Notes: generated by a model from the sequence alone, not told the origin. A stretch of 64,000 nt of DNA from Octopus vulgaris (GCA_951406725.2 OX597814.1:109926001-109990000); one strand, 5' to 3'; shown: positions 24,961 through 36,143, counted from the first letter of the stretch. A program made the numbers and translations.

Positions 24961-26031
24961 ATGAGGAAGAAATGATGTATTGAGTGAAAGTAATGTCCTT
25001 TCTAGACTTGGCAGTATATAAAAGCCGAGGAATGAAGAAGAAATGGAAAAAGAACTATTCTTGTGTGTGTGTGTGTGTTAGCAGCTGGAACTTATTGAAG
25101 CATGACTCTGAGTTTCACGTTGCCAATATTCAAACAAGTGAAGGATCGAAGTAGCTTGACAATATATAAGCAAAAATATTTATAAGCACATGGAGAAATG
25201 ATTAGACATGAAAATTTGATTGGCAATCAAAAGTCATTAAAAAACATGTCTCATTTCATCATCCTATATGCAGAACACAATGATATATTTATGTATTCAC
25301 ATACAAGAGCACGTGATAGGTTTATGTCTTTAATATTCTCTACTCCAAGAAAAGAGTTCACTAATATATTCATTCATCAACATACTCAGAGTAAGATTTC
25401 AAGGTCATAGTAAATCTGAGTACAATTAATTTCTGAAATGCAACTATGGATTGAAGTACTGGTAAATATAGTCACTACTGGAAAGTTAATGGTGAATTGC
25501 AATATTTTAATATAAATTACAACCAACCCCAATAATCTTTTGAAATTTAGCTAATAATATTAGTTAGTGCATATCCAGTTTTTCCTTTGACAAAGAATTC
25601 CTTAACTGTCTGCCCTTTATTACAGTGATACATTAAAAGACAATGGCTTCAAAGACAGAATATGTTACAATCAGAACATTAGACACTGCATTAATAGAAA
25701 AATAAATAATATATGGTATAATGCACTGGGTAGTTTAAATGTTTGTTTCAATGCTGCCAGGAATTTTGTAAACCTTGAAAATAACCATTTTCTTGTAGAC
25801 CATGGATGTATTAGAATCCTCTTGCTAGTTTGGGGTTGACCCGCCCGCCCACCCCCTCCACACATGCCGGAAGTTCCTATTCTTTTCATCCCTGGGTTGC
25901 TTCCCTTGAAGACTGCAAATGCTCTTTCACCATCCCTACCCCTAGTTTCGACCTAGGTAAGGTAATGATCATACAGTGCAAAATATGAATGGGTGGTGTT
26001 ATGCAGGTTGAATTGAAGGCTACTGTATTAC

Positions 26032-29013
26032 TTGCTCATGAATTCTGCCAAATGCGAGCTTTCTTTTCAGGTACATGAAGCTACTGTCCACCGGCGCAGG
26101 GTCTCTAGGGCCCATACCTCCCACACCCTCAGGGTTGGCACCCTCAATGTTGGCACACTGAAAGGTAGGTCTGGCGAGATAGTTGAGATGCTTGAACGGA
26201 GACGTGTGGATATATGTTGTATGCAAGAAGTAAGGTGGAGAGGAGGTTCTGCTAGGTTCCTCACAGGCAAGGAACACAGATACAAGATTTTCTGGGCAGG
26301 GAACACTGACGGGGTTGGAGGCGTGGGTATACTTATCGCTGAGAAATGGGTAGATAAAGTAATTGAGGTAATCAGAGTATGCGACAGAATACTTAAGATT
26401 AGATTAGCGCTTCATCATAGTTTAGCAACCATTATATCAGCCTATGCTCCTCAGTCGGGGCTACCTGATGGACAGAAAGACCGATTCTATGACACTCTAC
26501 TGCAGACTACCTCGTTGACGAACGACAGAGACCTTCTCTTTGTGGCTGGTGACTTCAATGGTCACGTTGGACGACATGCTGGGGGCTTCCACGGCGTACA
26601 TGGAGGCTATGGCTCTGGTTCCCGCAACGAGGAGGGAACCAGGCTGCTGGAGTTCTGCGATGCAAATAATCTTATGATTTGCAACACTAACTTCAGGAAA
26701 CCTACCAGCCACCTAGTCACCTACCGATCAGGCCAACATACCAGCCAAATTGACTACATCCTTGCCAGGCAAAGGGAGAGATGGCTACTTATAAATGCCA
26801 AAACCTTCCCAGGCGAAGAATGCACCCCACAACATAGACTGGTAGTTAGTGACTTTAGGATCAGGAGTAGGAGGACAACCAGAAGACGACCAACATGGAG
26901 AAGAAGGATCTGGAAGCTTAAGGATCCTGTGAATGGACAGAGATTTAGAGACATGTTACTTGAAGCCTTTGACGAAGTAGAAGGGGATAGTGTATCACAT
27001 GGGGTAGAGGACAACTGGACGTTTCTAAGGGACAACCTGCTGAGAGCCACTGACCAGATCTGTGGCTGGTGCAAAGTCCCCTCTCGTCCCAAGGTAACGT
27101 GGTGGTGGAACAGTGTCGTAGACAGGGCTATTAGAGAAAAGAGACAGACTTGGAAGCACTGGAAGAATGGTGGTAGCAGGGAATTGTATCAGACTGCTAA
27201 AAGGGAAGCTAGGAGACAGGTCTATCTAGCCAGAGGGGAAGCAGATAAGAAAAAATTTGCCAATGTTCTGCGCCGTGAGGACCAAAGACTGGAGGTGTTT
27301 CGCGTTGCAAGACAGTGTGTGAGAGAGAATTGTGATGTGGTGGGAGAGAAGTGTGTTCGCATGGAAGATGGTTCACTTGCGCTAAACGAGGATGCAAAGA
27401 GAGAGGCTTGGAGACGCCACTATGAAAGGTTGCTGAATAAAGAAAATGAATGGGATAAAGAGAGTCTGCCGAACGTTGACCCAACAGAGGGACCAGCTAT
27501 CAGGGTTGATAGTTCCTTAGTAGCCAAGGCAATTAGAAGCATGAAGACAGGGAAAGCCCCAGGCCCATCAGGTATCACTGCAGAGATGCTCAAAATATCT
27601 GGTACTATCGGCTATAGCCTAGTCACCTGTATAGTTAATCAGGTGATACATGAAGGAGTCATACCCAATGACTGGTGTAGCAGCATAATAGTCAACTGCT
27701 ACAAAGGTAAAGGTGATGCCCTAGATACAAATAATTACAGAGGTATCAAGCTGTTGGATCAGGTGATGAAGGTTACAGAGAGGGTCATAAGCCAACTAAT
27801 TAGAGAGAGAGTTAGTTTAGATGAGATGCAGTTTGGTTTCGTGCCAGGGAAAAGTACCACTGATGCTATATTCCTGGTAAGGCAGCTGCAGGAGAAATAC
27901 CTAGCCAAAGATAAGGCCCTGTACCTGGCTTTTGTTGACATGGAGAAAGCCTTCGACAGGGTCCCCCGATACCTCATATGGTGGTCAATGAGGAAACTAG
28001 GAATAGAAGAATGGTTAGTGAGAGCTGTGCAAGCCATGTACAGGGACGCTGCTAGTAAGGTGAGGGTTGGAAATGAGTACAGTGAAGAATTCCGGGTAGA
28101 GGTAGGGGTCCACCAAGGCTCAGTCCTCAGCCCCCTCCTATTTATCATAGTCCTCCAGGCAATAACGGAGGAATTCAAGACAGGATGCCCCTGGGAGCTC
28201 CTCTATGCTGATGACCTTGCTCTAATTGCTGAGTCATTATCAGAACTGGAGAAGAAGTTTCAGGTGTGGAAGCATGGTTTAGAATCGAAGGGCCTTAGAG
28301 TCAACCTAGCTAAAACCAAAGTCGTAATAAGTAGGAAGGTAGACAAATCACAAACGCCTTCAGGTAGATGGCCCTGCTCGATCTGTAGAAAAGGTGTAGG
28401 TAGAAACTCTATAAGATGCACCAAGTGTAAGCTATGGACACATAAGAGGTGCAGCAATGTCATAGGAAGGCTAACTAGGAAGATGGTTTTTGTATGTGGC
28501 AGATGCTCGGGAGCATTAACCTCTGAAAATCTGCAGAAAACAACTTCTGTCACTTTCCAGGGGGAAAAACTAGAAGTAGTTGATAGCTTCCGTTATCTTG
28601 GTGACCAAGTCAGTAGTGGGGGTGGGTGTGCTGAAAGTGTAACAGCTAGAGTAAGAATAGCCTGGGCAAAGTTTAGGGAGCTCTTACCTCTGTTGGTGAC
28701 TAAAGGCCTCTCGCTCAGAGTAAAAGGCAGACTGTATGATGCATGTGTACGAACAGCCAAGCTACATGGCAGTGAAACATGGGCCGTGACTGCTGAGGAC
28801 ATGCGTAAGCTCGCGAGAAATGAAGCTAGTATGCTCCGTTGGATGTGTAATGTCAGTGTTCATAATCGACAGAGTGTAAGTACCTTGAGAGAAAAGTTGG
28901 ACCTAAGAGGAATCAGATGTTGTGTGCAAGAGAGACGATTGCGCTGGTATGGTCATGTGGTGAGAATGGATGAAGATAGGTGTGTGAAAAAGGTGCCACA
29001 CCCTGGCAGTTGA
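26032..29013 (+). CDS. RTE ORF: apurinic-like endonuclease + reverse transcriptase with inserted PHD-type zinc finger; +1 frameshift near 28992, true C-terminus to 29161
   Basis: APE motifs GTLNVGT, MQEVRW, SAYAPQ, GDFNGH, QIDYIL, QHRLVV. RT motifs NYRGIKLL, FVDMEKAFD, QGSVLSP, YADD, FRYLG. The shifted frame gives CHTLAVEGTCGRGRPRKTW, matching the second copy. Confidence 0.92.
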   Translation: MLMNSAKCELSFQVHEATVHRRRVSRAHTSHTLRVGTLNVGTLKGRSGEIVEMLERRRVDICCMQEVRWRGGSARFLTGKEHRYKIFWAGNTDGVGGVGILIAEKWVDKVIEVIRVCDRILKIRLALHHSLATIISAYAPQSGLPDGQKDRFYDTLLQTTSLTNDRDLLFVAGDFNGHVGRHAGGFHGVHGGYGSGSRNEEGTRLLEFCDANNLMICNTNFRKPTSHLVTYRSGQHTSQIDYILARQRERWLLINAKTFPGEECTPQHRLVVSDFRIRSRRTTRRRPTWRRRIWKLKDPVNGQRFRDMLLEAFDEVEGDSVSHGVEDNWTFLRDNLLRATDQICGWCKVPSRPKVTWWWNSVVDRAIREKRQTWKHWKNGGSRELYQTAKREARRQVYLARGEADKKKFANVLRREDQRLEVFRVARQCVRENCDVVGEKCVRMEDGSLALNEDAKREAWRRHYERLLNKENEWDKESLPNVDPTEGPAIRVDSSLVAKAIRSMKTGKAPGPSGITAEMLKISGTIGYSLVTCIVNQVIHEGVIPNDWCSSIIVNCYKGKGDALDTNNYRGIKLLDQVMKVTERVISQLIRERVSLDEMQFGFVPGKSTTDAIFLVRQLQEKYLAKDKALYLAFVDMEKAFDRVPRYLIWWSMRKLGIEEWLVRAVQAMYRDAASKVRVGNEYSEEFRVEVGVHQGSVLSPLLFIIVLQAITEEFKTGCPWELLYADDLALIAESLSELEKKFQVWKHGLESKGLRVNLAKTKVVISRKVDKSQTPSGRWPCSICRKGVGRNSIRCTKCKLWTHKRCSNVIGRLTRKMVFVCGRCSGALTSENLQKTTSVTFQGEKLEVVDSFRYLGDQVSSGGGCAESVTARVRIAWAKFRELLPLLVTKGLSLRVKGRLYDACVRTAKLHGSETWAVTAEDMRKLARNEASMLRWMCNVSVHNRQSVSTLREKLDLRGIRCCVQERRLRWYGHVVRMDEDRCVKKVPHPGS

Positions 29014-29224
29014 GGGGACCTGTGGAAGAGGTAGACCCAGGAAAACCTGGGTCGAGGTGGTGAAGCACGACCTTCGAACTCTAGGTCTCACCAAGGAAAT
29101 GACCAGAGACCGAGACCTATGGAAGTATGCTGTGCGTGAGAAGACCCAGCAAGACCAGTGAGAACAATCAAAATCAAATCATATATCAGAAAGCAGGGGT
29201 TAAGTGACCCATCTGTTCGTGTCT

Positions 29225-30006
29225 GCTGTCAGCCTCGTCTGGCACCCGTGCCGGTGATACGTAAAAGCACCATTCACTCATGGCCGTTTGCCAGCTCTGC
29301 CTGGCCCCGTGTCGGTGGCACGTAAAAGCACCATCCGTTCGTGTTCGTTGCCAGCCTCGCCTGGCCCCGTGCCGGTGACACGTAAAAGCACCGTCCGTTC
29401 GTGGCCGTTGGCCAGCTCTGTCTGGCCCCGTGTCGGTGGCACGTAAAAGCACCATCCGTTCGTGGCCGTTTGCCAGCTCTGTCTGGCCCCGTGTCGGTGG
29501 CACGTAAAAGCACCATCCGTCCGTGTCAGTTGCCAGCCTCGGCTGGCCCCCATGCCGGTGACACGTAAAAGCACCGTCCGCTCGTGGCCGTTTGCCAGCT
29601 CTGTCTGGCAACTGTGTCGGTGGCACGTAAAAGCACCATCCGTTCGCGTCCGTTGCCAGCCTCGGCTGGCCCCCGTGCCGGTGACACGTAAAAGCACCAT
29701 CCGTTCGTGGCCGTTTGCCAGCTCCGACTGGCCCCGTGTCGGTGGCACGTAAAAGCACCATCCGTCCGTGTCCGTTGCCAGCCTCGGCTGGCCCCTGTGC
29801 CGGTGACACGTAAAAGCACCGTCCGCTCGTGGCCGTTTGCCAGCTCTGTCTGGCAACCGTGTCGGTGGCACGTAAAAGCACCATCCGTTCATGTCCGTTG
29901 CCAGCATCGCCTGGCCCCGTGCCGGTGACACGTAAAAGCACCATCCGTTCGTGGCCGTTCGCCAGCTCTGTCTGGCACCTGTGCAGGTGGAACATAAAAA
30001 ACACCC
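29225..30006 (+). repeat. Tandem array of 13 ~61-bp units (A/B alternation) in the RTE 3' UTR
   Basis: The core cgtaaaagcacc recurs at ~29260, 29321, 29381, 29442, 29503, 29564, 29626, 29687, 29748, 29809, 29871 and 29931, with a variant at ~29993. Confidence 0.95.
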
Positions 30007-31195
30007 ACTACACTTGCGGAGTGGTTGGCGTTAGGAAGGGCATCCAGCCGTAGAAACACTGCCAGATCTGACTGGGCCTGACGAAGCCTACCAGCTTCAC
30101 AGACCCCAGTTGACCCGTCCAACCCATGCTAGCATGGAAAACGGACGCTAAACGATGATGATGATGATGATGATGATGTAGTTAGGGTGTGTGCCTCCCA
30201 AGGCAGCCCTTCCATTTTCCACCCCTGGACCCCACAAAAAACACATATTGCCTACAGTAGACCCAAAAGTGCCACCTGAGTGGACCACCTCTACCACCAC
30301 CACCCCTATCTATGCTAGTGTATATCACTGAAGTGAGCTACAGTTACAGCAAACAACTCCACTGCTTCCATAGCTAGATTAAATAAACGAGAACTTTCCA
30401 GTGTGAACACTCAGAATTCTCTATGTAATTTCAACAGCTCTAATATATTCCTTCTGTATGGTGTGTGTCTTTCTAAAGTATTAGTTTACTGGATTAAGGG
30501 TTGTGTTCCAAATAATAATAAAGCATAAAGCTGTACAGAGCTTATTGAAAATCCCTTTAAACAAAGTTTATCACAACATATGTATACATTCAGAAACCCA
30601 GAAAGATGCCTTGTTTAATTTTGGCAGTTAAATTTCAACCCCACTTTAACCTCTTAGGTGTTGCTCTTTTATCTTTATAAATTCTTTCATAGCTGCTGTC
30701 TTGCTGAATGTTATGTTCTTGTATTTCCTCTTAAGATTACTCATCATGTGACTCATTTTTTTTTTGTTCTATTAATTCATATCCCTTCAATCCTGTTGTC
30801 TTCTCTTGTTAGAAGAGTTTCAACTCTAATTTCTTTCCTCAAACATCTACTTTATAGAACCCTGTTCCTTCTTGATTTCCTTAGGGATATAATTTTATTT
30901 CTTCTAAATTCTGTTAACCACTTAATGGCTTTCAGGACAGCTTCTCATTAGATCCCTTTCCTTTGGCAGGTGGGGAGTGGCGCATAAGTGCAAACCAGGT
31001 TCAACCCAGGATGTTTAAAACATTTTCATTGCTCCCACAAAAAAATTTTAGTGAGTGCACTTGCACCCTCTGTACTTCTTGTTTCAAGCTGGTGGGCGGG
31101 GGTGTGTGTGCATTTTCTTTTGTGGTTGCTTGAGGTCTGTAATATCGATGGTTATTCACCACTTTGTTGGAACGGACTTGCAATAAAAATAATAT

Positions 31196-31640
31196 CAGGA
31201 GTGGCTGTGTGGTAAGTAGGTTACTTCCCAACCACATGGTCCTGGGTTCAGTCCCACTGCATGGCACTTTGGGCAAGTGTCTTCTACTGTAGCTTCGGGC
31301 TGACCAAAGCCTTGTGAGTGGATTTGGTAGATGGAAACTGGAAGAAGCCCATCGTATATATATATATATATATTTATATATACATCTACAATTTAAAAAT
31401 ATATATATATATATATATATGCATGTGTGTGTATATGTTTGTGTGTCTGTGTTTGTCCTCACAACATCGCTTGGCAATCGATGCTGGTGTGTTTACATCC
31501 CTGTAATTTAGCAATTTGGCAAAAGAGACCGATAGAATAAGTACTAGGCTTACAAAAAATAAATTCGGGGCTCAATTTCCTTGACTAATGGTGGTGCTCC
31601 AGCATGGCCACAGCCAAATGACTGAAACAAGTAAAAGAAT
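31196..31640 (+). mobile_element. SINE family B, near complete
   Basis: Head, central region and tail all present. Confidence 0.85.
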
Positions 31641-32119
31641 AAAATTAAAGGATGATGATGATCTTCATCATTATCATTTAATGTCCATTTTCCATGCTGG
31701 TATGGGTTGGATTGGAGCTGGCAAGTCAGAAGACTCTGCCAGACTCTACTGCCTGCTTTGACATGGTTTTTTTACTGCTGGATTCCCTTCTTAACACAAA
31801 CCACTTTATAGGCTTGGAATAATATTAAAAATTATAAAGCCAAACATCTCCTTCCATTAATGGATGCAAAGGTTATGACATTTGTGTCTCTGAGAAATAT
31901 AATCTCCAATTAGCCTCTATAGAAAATGGAAGATTCTTGCTGACTAATTTTTAAATACCAAACTGTTAATATAGTTTATTTTCCACATAATGAATTTACC
32001 ATACCATTAAAGATGGACACCATATTCAAAACAACTTTTACATTCAGTTACTGATCAACATTAAAACTTTGTTGACAATAACTATAATCCTTGCATTAAC
32101 GTATTTTATAAATGACAGA

Positions 32120-32595
32120 GCGGCTAACCGGCTTCCATGCCAAAGGCACTTAAAAGGTACCATTTGAGCGTGATTGTTACCAGCGGTGCCTTACTAGCAC
32201 TCTAGCCCCATGCTAGTAGGGTGCTAAGAACACCATCTGAGCATGATCGTTGCCGGAGCAGCTATCTGGCCTCCGTGCCGGTTGCACGTAAAAGACACCT
32301 TATGAGCGTGATCGTAACCAGCATCGCCTTACTGGCACCTGTGCCAGTGGCATGTGTAGAAGATTTGAGTGAGGTCGTTGCCAGTACCGCCTGACTGGCC
32401 CCATGCCGGTGGCACATAAAAGCACCCACTACTCTCTCAGAGTGGTTGGCGTTAGGAAGGACATCCAGCTGTAGAAACCCTGCCAGATCAAGACTGGAGC
32501 CTGGTGCAGCCATCTGGTTCGCCAGCCCTCAGTCAAACCATCCAACCCATGCTAGCATGGAAAGCGGACGTTAAATGATGATGATGATGATGATG
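32120..32595 (+). mobile_element. RTE 3' end copy; other copies at ~16000-16300(+), 17829-18065(-), 31660-31810(-), 36190-36335(-), 37170-37468(+), 37530-37910(-), 38760-39212(+), 39685-40060(-), 42700-42955(+), 43265-43810(-), 44545-45103(+), 45722-46100(-), 48190-48460(-), 50093-50480(-), 51520-51950(+), 53925-54500(-), 55880-56055(+)
   Basis: Shared tail gagtggttggcgttaggaagggcatccagctgtagaaac...ccaacccatgctagcatggaaa..ggacgttaaa(tga)n, preceded by a variable number of ~60-bp units. Confidence 0.85.
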
Positions 32596-33119
32596 AAGGA
32601 AATATTATGTGTATTACAATAAACAACACTGAAATCTGTTTGAGATTTTTGATTAAAAAATATTTATCTTAATCATAAACAAAAATGTTGTTGTTACTAT
32701 AAACGAGAAGCACTGACATAGTTCTAAGTTCTTGAATTAGGTATGGTATGTTGTGGGTCTTTTGATGTTAACTGATTATTGGGGGTTGCTGTTGCCACCA
32801 TCTATTGTTTTTGTGCTGTCACAGTACTCTGGTCTGCTGCTGGTTCTGCTACTGTCCGTTGTTTGGTTTCTGCCTGGAGTGGCTAAAGTGCACTGAATAT
32901 ATAGTTTTGATCTTGGTCAGAACAAGTGCACCAAAGATGAATTTGTTGTTTGGACCAGTTCCTCGCAAAGTCTTGAATGGTCAGATTTTTTTTGATGATG
33001 TTGGTAATTTTCTAGTGAATCACAATCATATTCTGGAATTCAGTTCTATATTTAAGAGATGAAGAATTATGTACATTATTTACATTTGATGGATATTTGT
33101 CCTCATCTTATTTGTTTTT

Positions 33120-33162
33120 AACACATTTCAGCTGATATACCCCCCAGCCTTCATCAGGTGTC
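33120..33162 (-). ncRNA. Degenerate minimal hammerhead motif
   Basis: GACAC-CTGATGA-AGGCTG..CAGCT-GAAA-TG-TGTT. Confidence 0.5.
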
Positions 33163-33217
33163 TTGAGGAAATTTTGAACCTGGATTCTAATTCCTAAGGT
33201 ATTTTTTGATATTATTA

Positions 33218-33251
<34 letters not shown>

Positions 33252-33257
33252 CATTAT

Positions 33258-33791
33258 TTTTCTTCTTTCTTCAAATTTTCTTCCGTTTCTTGCCGAGTGT
33301 TTTCTGTACACCTAGGGCAGATAAGCTCATTGTATGCATTCCCAGATTACACGCGCAATTTTACAGGTAAAATATGTATTTAAAAATTAATAAATAAATA
33401 AATTCATGAATGGATGTTCTTTTCACAGCGATAATGCCCTTCTCAGTACATGAGCGGTTCCAGTTAATATGATTTTTTGCACATCCTGTAGGGATGGTAA
33501 GCCTTGTATCATTTTCAAATAGGCTTCAGTACCTTTTTTTATCATTCCTAGAGATCCTGCAATCACTGGTACTGTAGTCGCCTTGAGATGCCACATTTTT
33601 TCAATTTCTATTAGCAGGTCTTTATATTTACTAATCTTGTCAAAATCTTTCGCCACTATATTGTGATCACAAGGAATACTCATGTCAATTAATAAACACA
33701 TCTTTTTTGCCTGATCTTTTATAATAATATCCGGTTTATCAGCTTTTATAGTTTTGTCGGTATGTATGGGGAAGTCCCATAGAATCGACAC
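33258..33791 (-). mobile_element. 5'-truncated R4/Dong-type LINE 3' end inserted in (TAA)n
   Basis: ORF 33423..33791(-) ILWDFPIHTD..KADKPDII..IDMSIP..KISKYKDL..QKIILTGTAHVLRRALSL; (TTA)n on both sides. Confidence 0.9.
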
Positions 33792-33986
33792 ATTTTATTA
33801 TTATCATTATTATTATTATTATTGTTATTATTATTAATCAGGTCACTGCCTAGAATCAAACTTGGAATCTTGGGGTTTGTAGCCTGCACTCTTAACCACT
33901 ATGTCATATGCCTACTGGCATATAATAATAATAATAACATAAAAAAATACCTTAGGAATGAGAACCCAGGTTCAAAATTTCCTCAA

Positions 33987-34032
33987 GACACCTGATGAAG
34001 GCTGGAGGGTATATCAGCTGAAACATTGTGTT
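33987..34032 (+). ncRNA. Minimal type I hammerhead motif
   Basis: GACAC-CTGATGA-A-GGCTG-gagggtatat-CAGCT-GAAA-CA-TT-GTGTT. Stem I is GACAC/GTGTT. Confidence 0.6.
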
Positions 34033-34536
34033 AACAACAAACAAGATGAGGACAAATATCCGTCAAATGTAAATAATATACATAATTCCTCATCTCTTAA
34101 ATATAGGACTGTATTAAAGATGTGATTTTCTCCATTTTTGTTCATGTTGTTATATGTGTGTGTGTTTGTGTTTGCCCGTTTTAATGTCACACGATGGTTG
34201 TAAATGAACACCACTGTCATACAGGTGGTATTGTTTGTTTTTAGTCTTCCATAAAGGTGGAGGAGTCCTAGACCAATGACATGAAGGTGACTGTGGCCAA
34301 GTGCAAGATCTGTGCCATATCAAACAATGGTTGGGCATCAACAAGCTGTGGGGCAGCCTTGTCATTGACCATGGATGTTGCACTCTTGAGCACCACTTGG
34401 TACCTGGTATGGAGGTACAGAGAGGCAGTCTGCAGGGGGACGACAATCTCACCTGCCTTGCTCACTATCCAAGATGTTTTGCTTCACAGAAGTCTGAACA
34501 GAGCAGTCAACATCAATACGAGGGACAGCTAATGTA

Positions 34537-34594
<58 letters not shown>

Positions 34595-34659
34595 TGTATG
34601 GATGTTTGTATATATGCATGTAAGATACATATTGTAAAGTATATGATATTCATATGTAT

Positions 34660-35110
34660 CAAAGCCACTATTCTCTGCCATTCTTCACCATCTCCAATGG
34701 GTAGGTCATGCCCAGCATATGGAACTCTCTCATCTCCCAAGGATCATGCTCTATGGAGAACTTGCAATCGGAACAAGACCTAGAGGAGGCCCAAAATTCT
34801 GTCTTAAAGACCAGCCCAAACAGACCTTGGCTCAAACTAACATCCAGTCATCCTCATGGGAACAGATTGCCATGTATAGGACAGCCTGGAGGACTGCTAT
34901 CTGCAATTGAGCCAGCTCCTTCGAGCAGAACAGACAACAGAATGAGGAAGTAAAACATAGAAGAAAGGAGCATCTTCAACATCCTTGTCCAGCACCGACC
35001 ATCCCATGCAAATTCTGCCCATGACACCTTCACCACTGACTTGGATTCCAAAGCCACATTCAGCGCAAACACCAGCCGAGGAGACCAGATGGAGACTGAC
35101 GAACCCAATG
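34660..35110 (+). mobile_element. RTE-BovB-like LINE C-terminal fragment
   Basis: GHAQHMELSHLPRIMLYGELAIGTRPRGGPK..LKD..WEQIA..RTAWR. Confidence 0.75.
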
Positions 35111-36143
35111 CTCGGATACAAGCTGGGGCCAACGACTATGTATGTGTGTGTGTATGTGCATATGAGTGTGTGCGTATGTGTGTGTGTGTGTGTGTGTATA
35201 GTGAACAGTAACTCCAAAAATATAATTTAAAAAAAGTATAGAGTGAAAACGGTAACTAAAGTCTAACACATACACAGCTCACACGTGTTTGTATGTGTCA
35301 CTTGGTACATGCATGTGTGTATGTGTTTGTGTGTGTGTGTGTGTGTTTGTGTGAATGTTAGTGGGTGTGTGTGTGAATGTTAGTTTGTGTGTGTGTATCT
35401 GAATGTTAGTGTGTGTGTGTATCTCAATGTTAGTGTATGTATGTATCTCAATGTTAGTGTGTGTGTGTGTGTGAATGTTAGTGTGTGTGTTTGTGTATCT
35501 GAATGTTAGTGTGTGTGTGTGTGATTGTGTTATTCACCTCACATATCAATGCTGTGATGTGGGTTTTTGTGTTTGCCATCATCGGATAACATCATAAAAG
35601 ACTTCATTATTTCTGTTTGCACCAAGAAGAATGGTAACAAGTTTCTTTGGCATTTATGATGTCTAAAATAGAAAGAATACAGCAAGGAAAAACAAAAAAA
35701 TGGATGAAGCTTTTTTTCAATAAATTCCTTGATATAGTTTTTGTGGTTACTTTCTGCGCACCAATTCAATATGTATTAAAAATAGATGATCAATAACAAA
35801 AAATACTGCTAGTGAGAAATGTAATTGATATGTGTCTATGTATGTATGTAAGTATATGTGTGTGTGTACATATACATATGTGTATGCACATACATCATTA
35901 TCATTTAATGTATGTTGTCCATATACATGTATGTGTATATATGTGCATGTATGTATGTATGTATGTACGTATGTATGTATCTATCTAAGAGTGGCTGTGT
36001 GGTAAGAAGTTTGCTTCCCATCCACATGGTTCCAGGTTCAGTCCCACTGCATGGCCCCTTGGACAAGTGTCTTCTACTGTAGCCTTGAACTGATCAAAGC
36101 CTTGAGAGTGAATCTGGTTGATGGAAACTGAAAGAAGCCCATC

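Larger units (their letters stand above)
26032..30178 (+). mobile_element. RTE-clade LINE, near full-length
   Basis: Single APE+RT ORF, 3' UTR tandem array, conserved tail ending in (GAT)n at 30154-30178. The 5' boundary may extend to ~25830. Confidence 0.95.
33041..34111. mobile_element. Palindromic composite: inverted ~190-bp hammerhead-bearing arms around a tRNA-like head and a nested R4/Dong fragment
   Basis: 33041-33230 is the reverse complement of 33921-34111. A tRNA-like segment lies at 33838-33912(-). Confidence 0.8.

Noticed and set aside
25820-25840. Candidate target-site duplication for the RTE element (tagtttggggtt versus tagttagggtgt at ~30179)
   Set aside because: Too many mismatches for such a young element.
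25957-26070. Possible intron (GTAAGG...TTTCTTTTCAG) at the RTE 5' end
   Set aside because: An in-frame ATG at 26038 already opens the ORF, and splicing at the first donor would place a stop in frame. It cannot be supported without transcripts.
29186-30004. Long antisense ORFs (272 and 217 aa)
   Set aside because: Artefacts of a GC-rich ~61-bp tandem repeat lacking stops; the peptides cycle through the three frames.
29225-30006. CRISPR-like array
   Set aside because: The sequence between the constant cores is itself repeated (A/B units) rather than unique spacers, there are no cas genes, and the context is a eukaryotic LINE 3' UTR.
30430-30640. Possible further Penelope GIY-YIG remnant
   Set aside because: Only faint motif similarity with many stops; too decayed to call.
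33838-33912. Functional tRNA gene
   Set aside because: Degenerate B box and no complete acceptor stem; treated as a SINE head.
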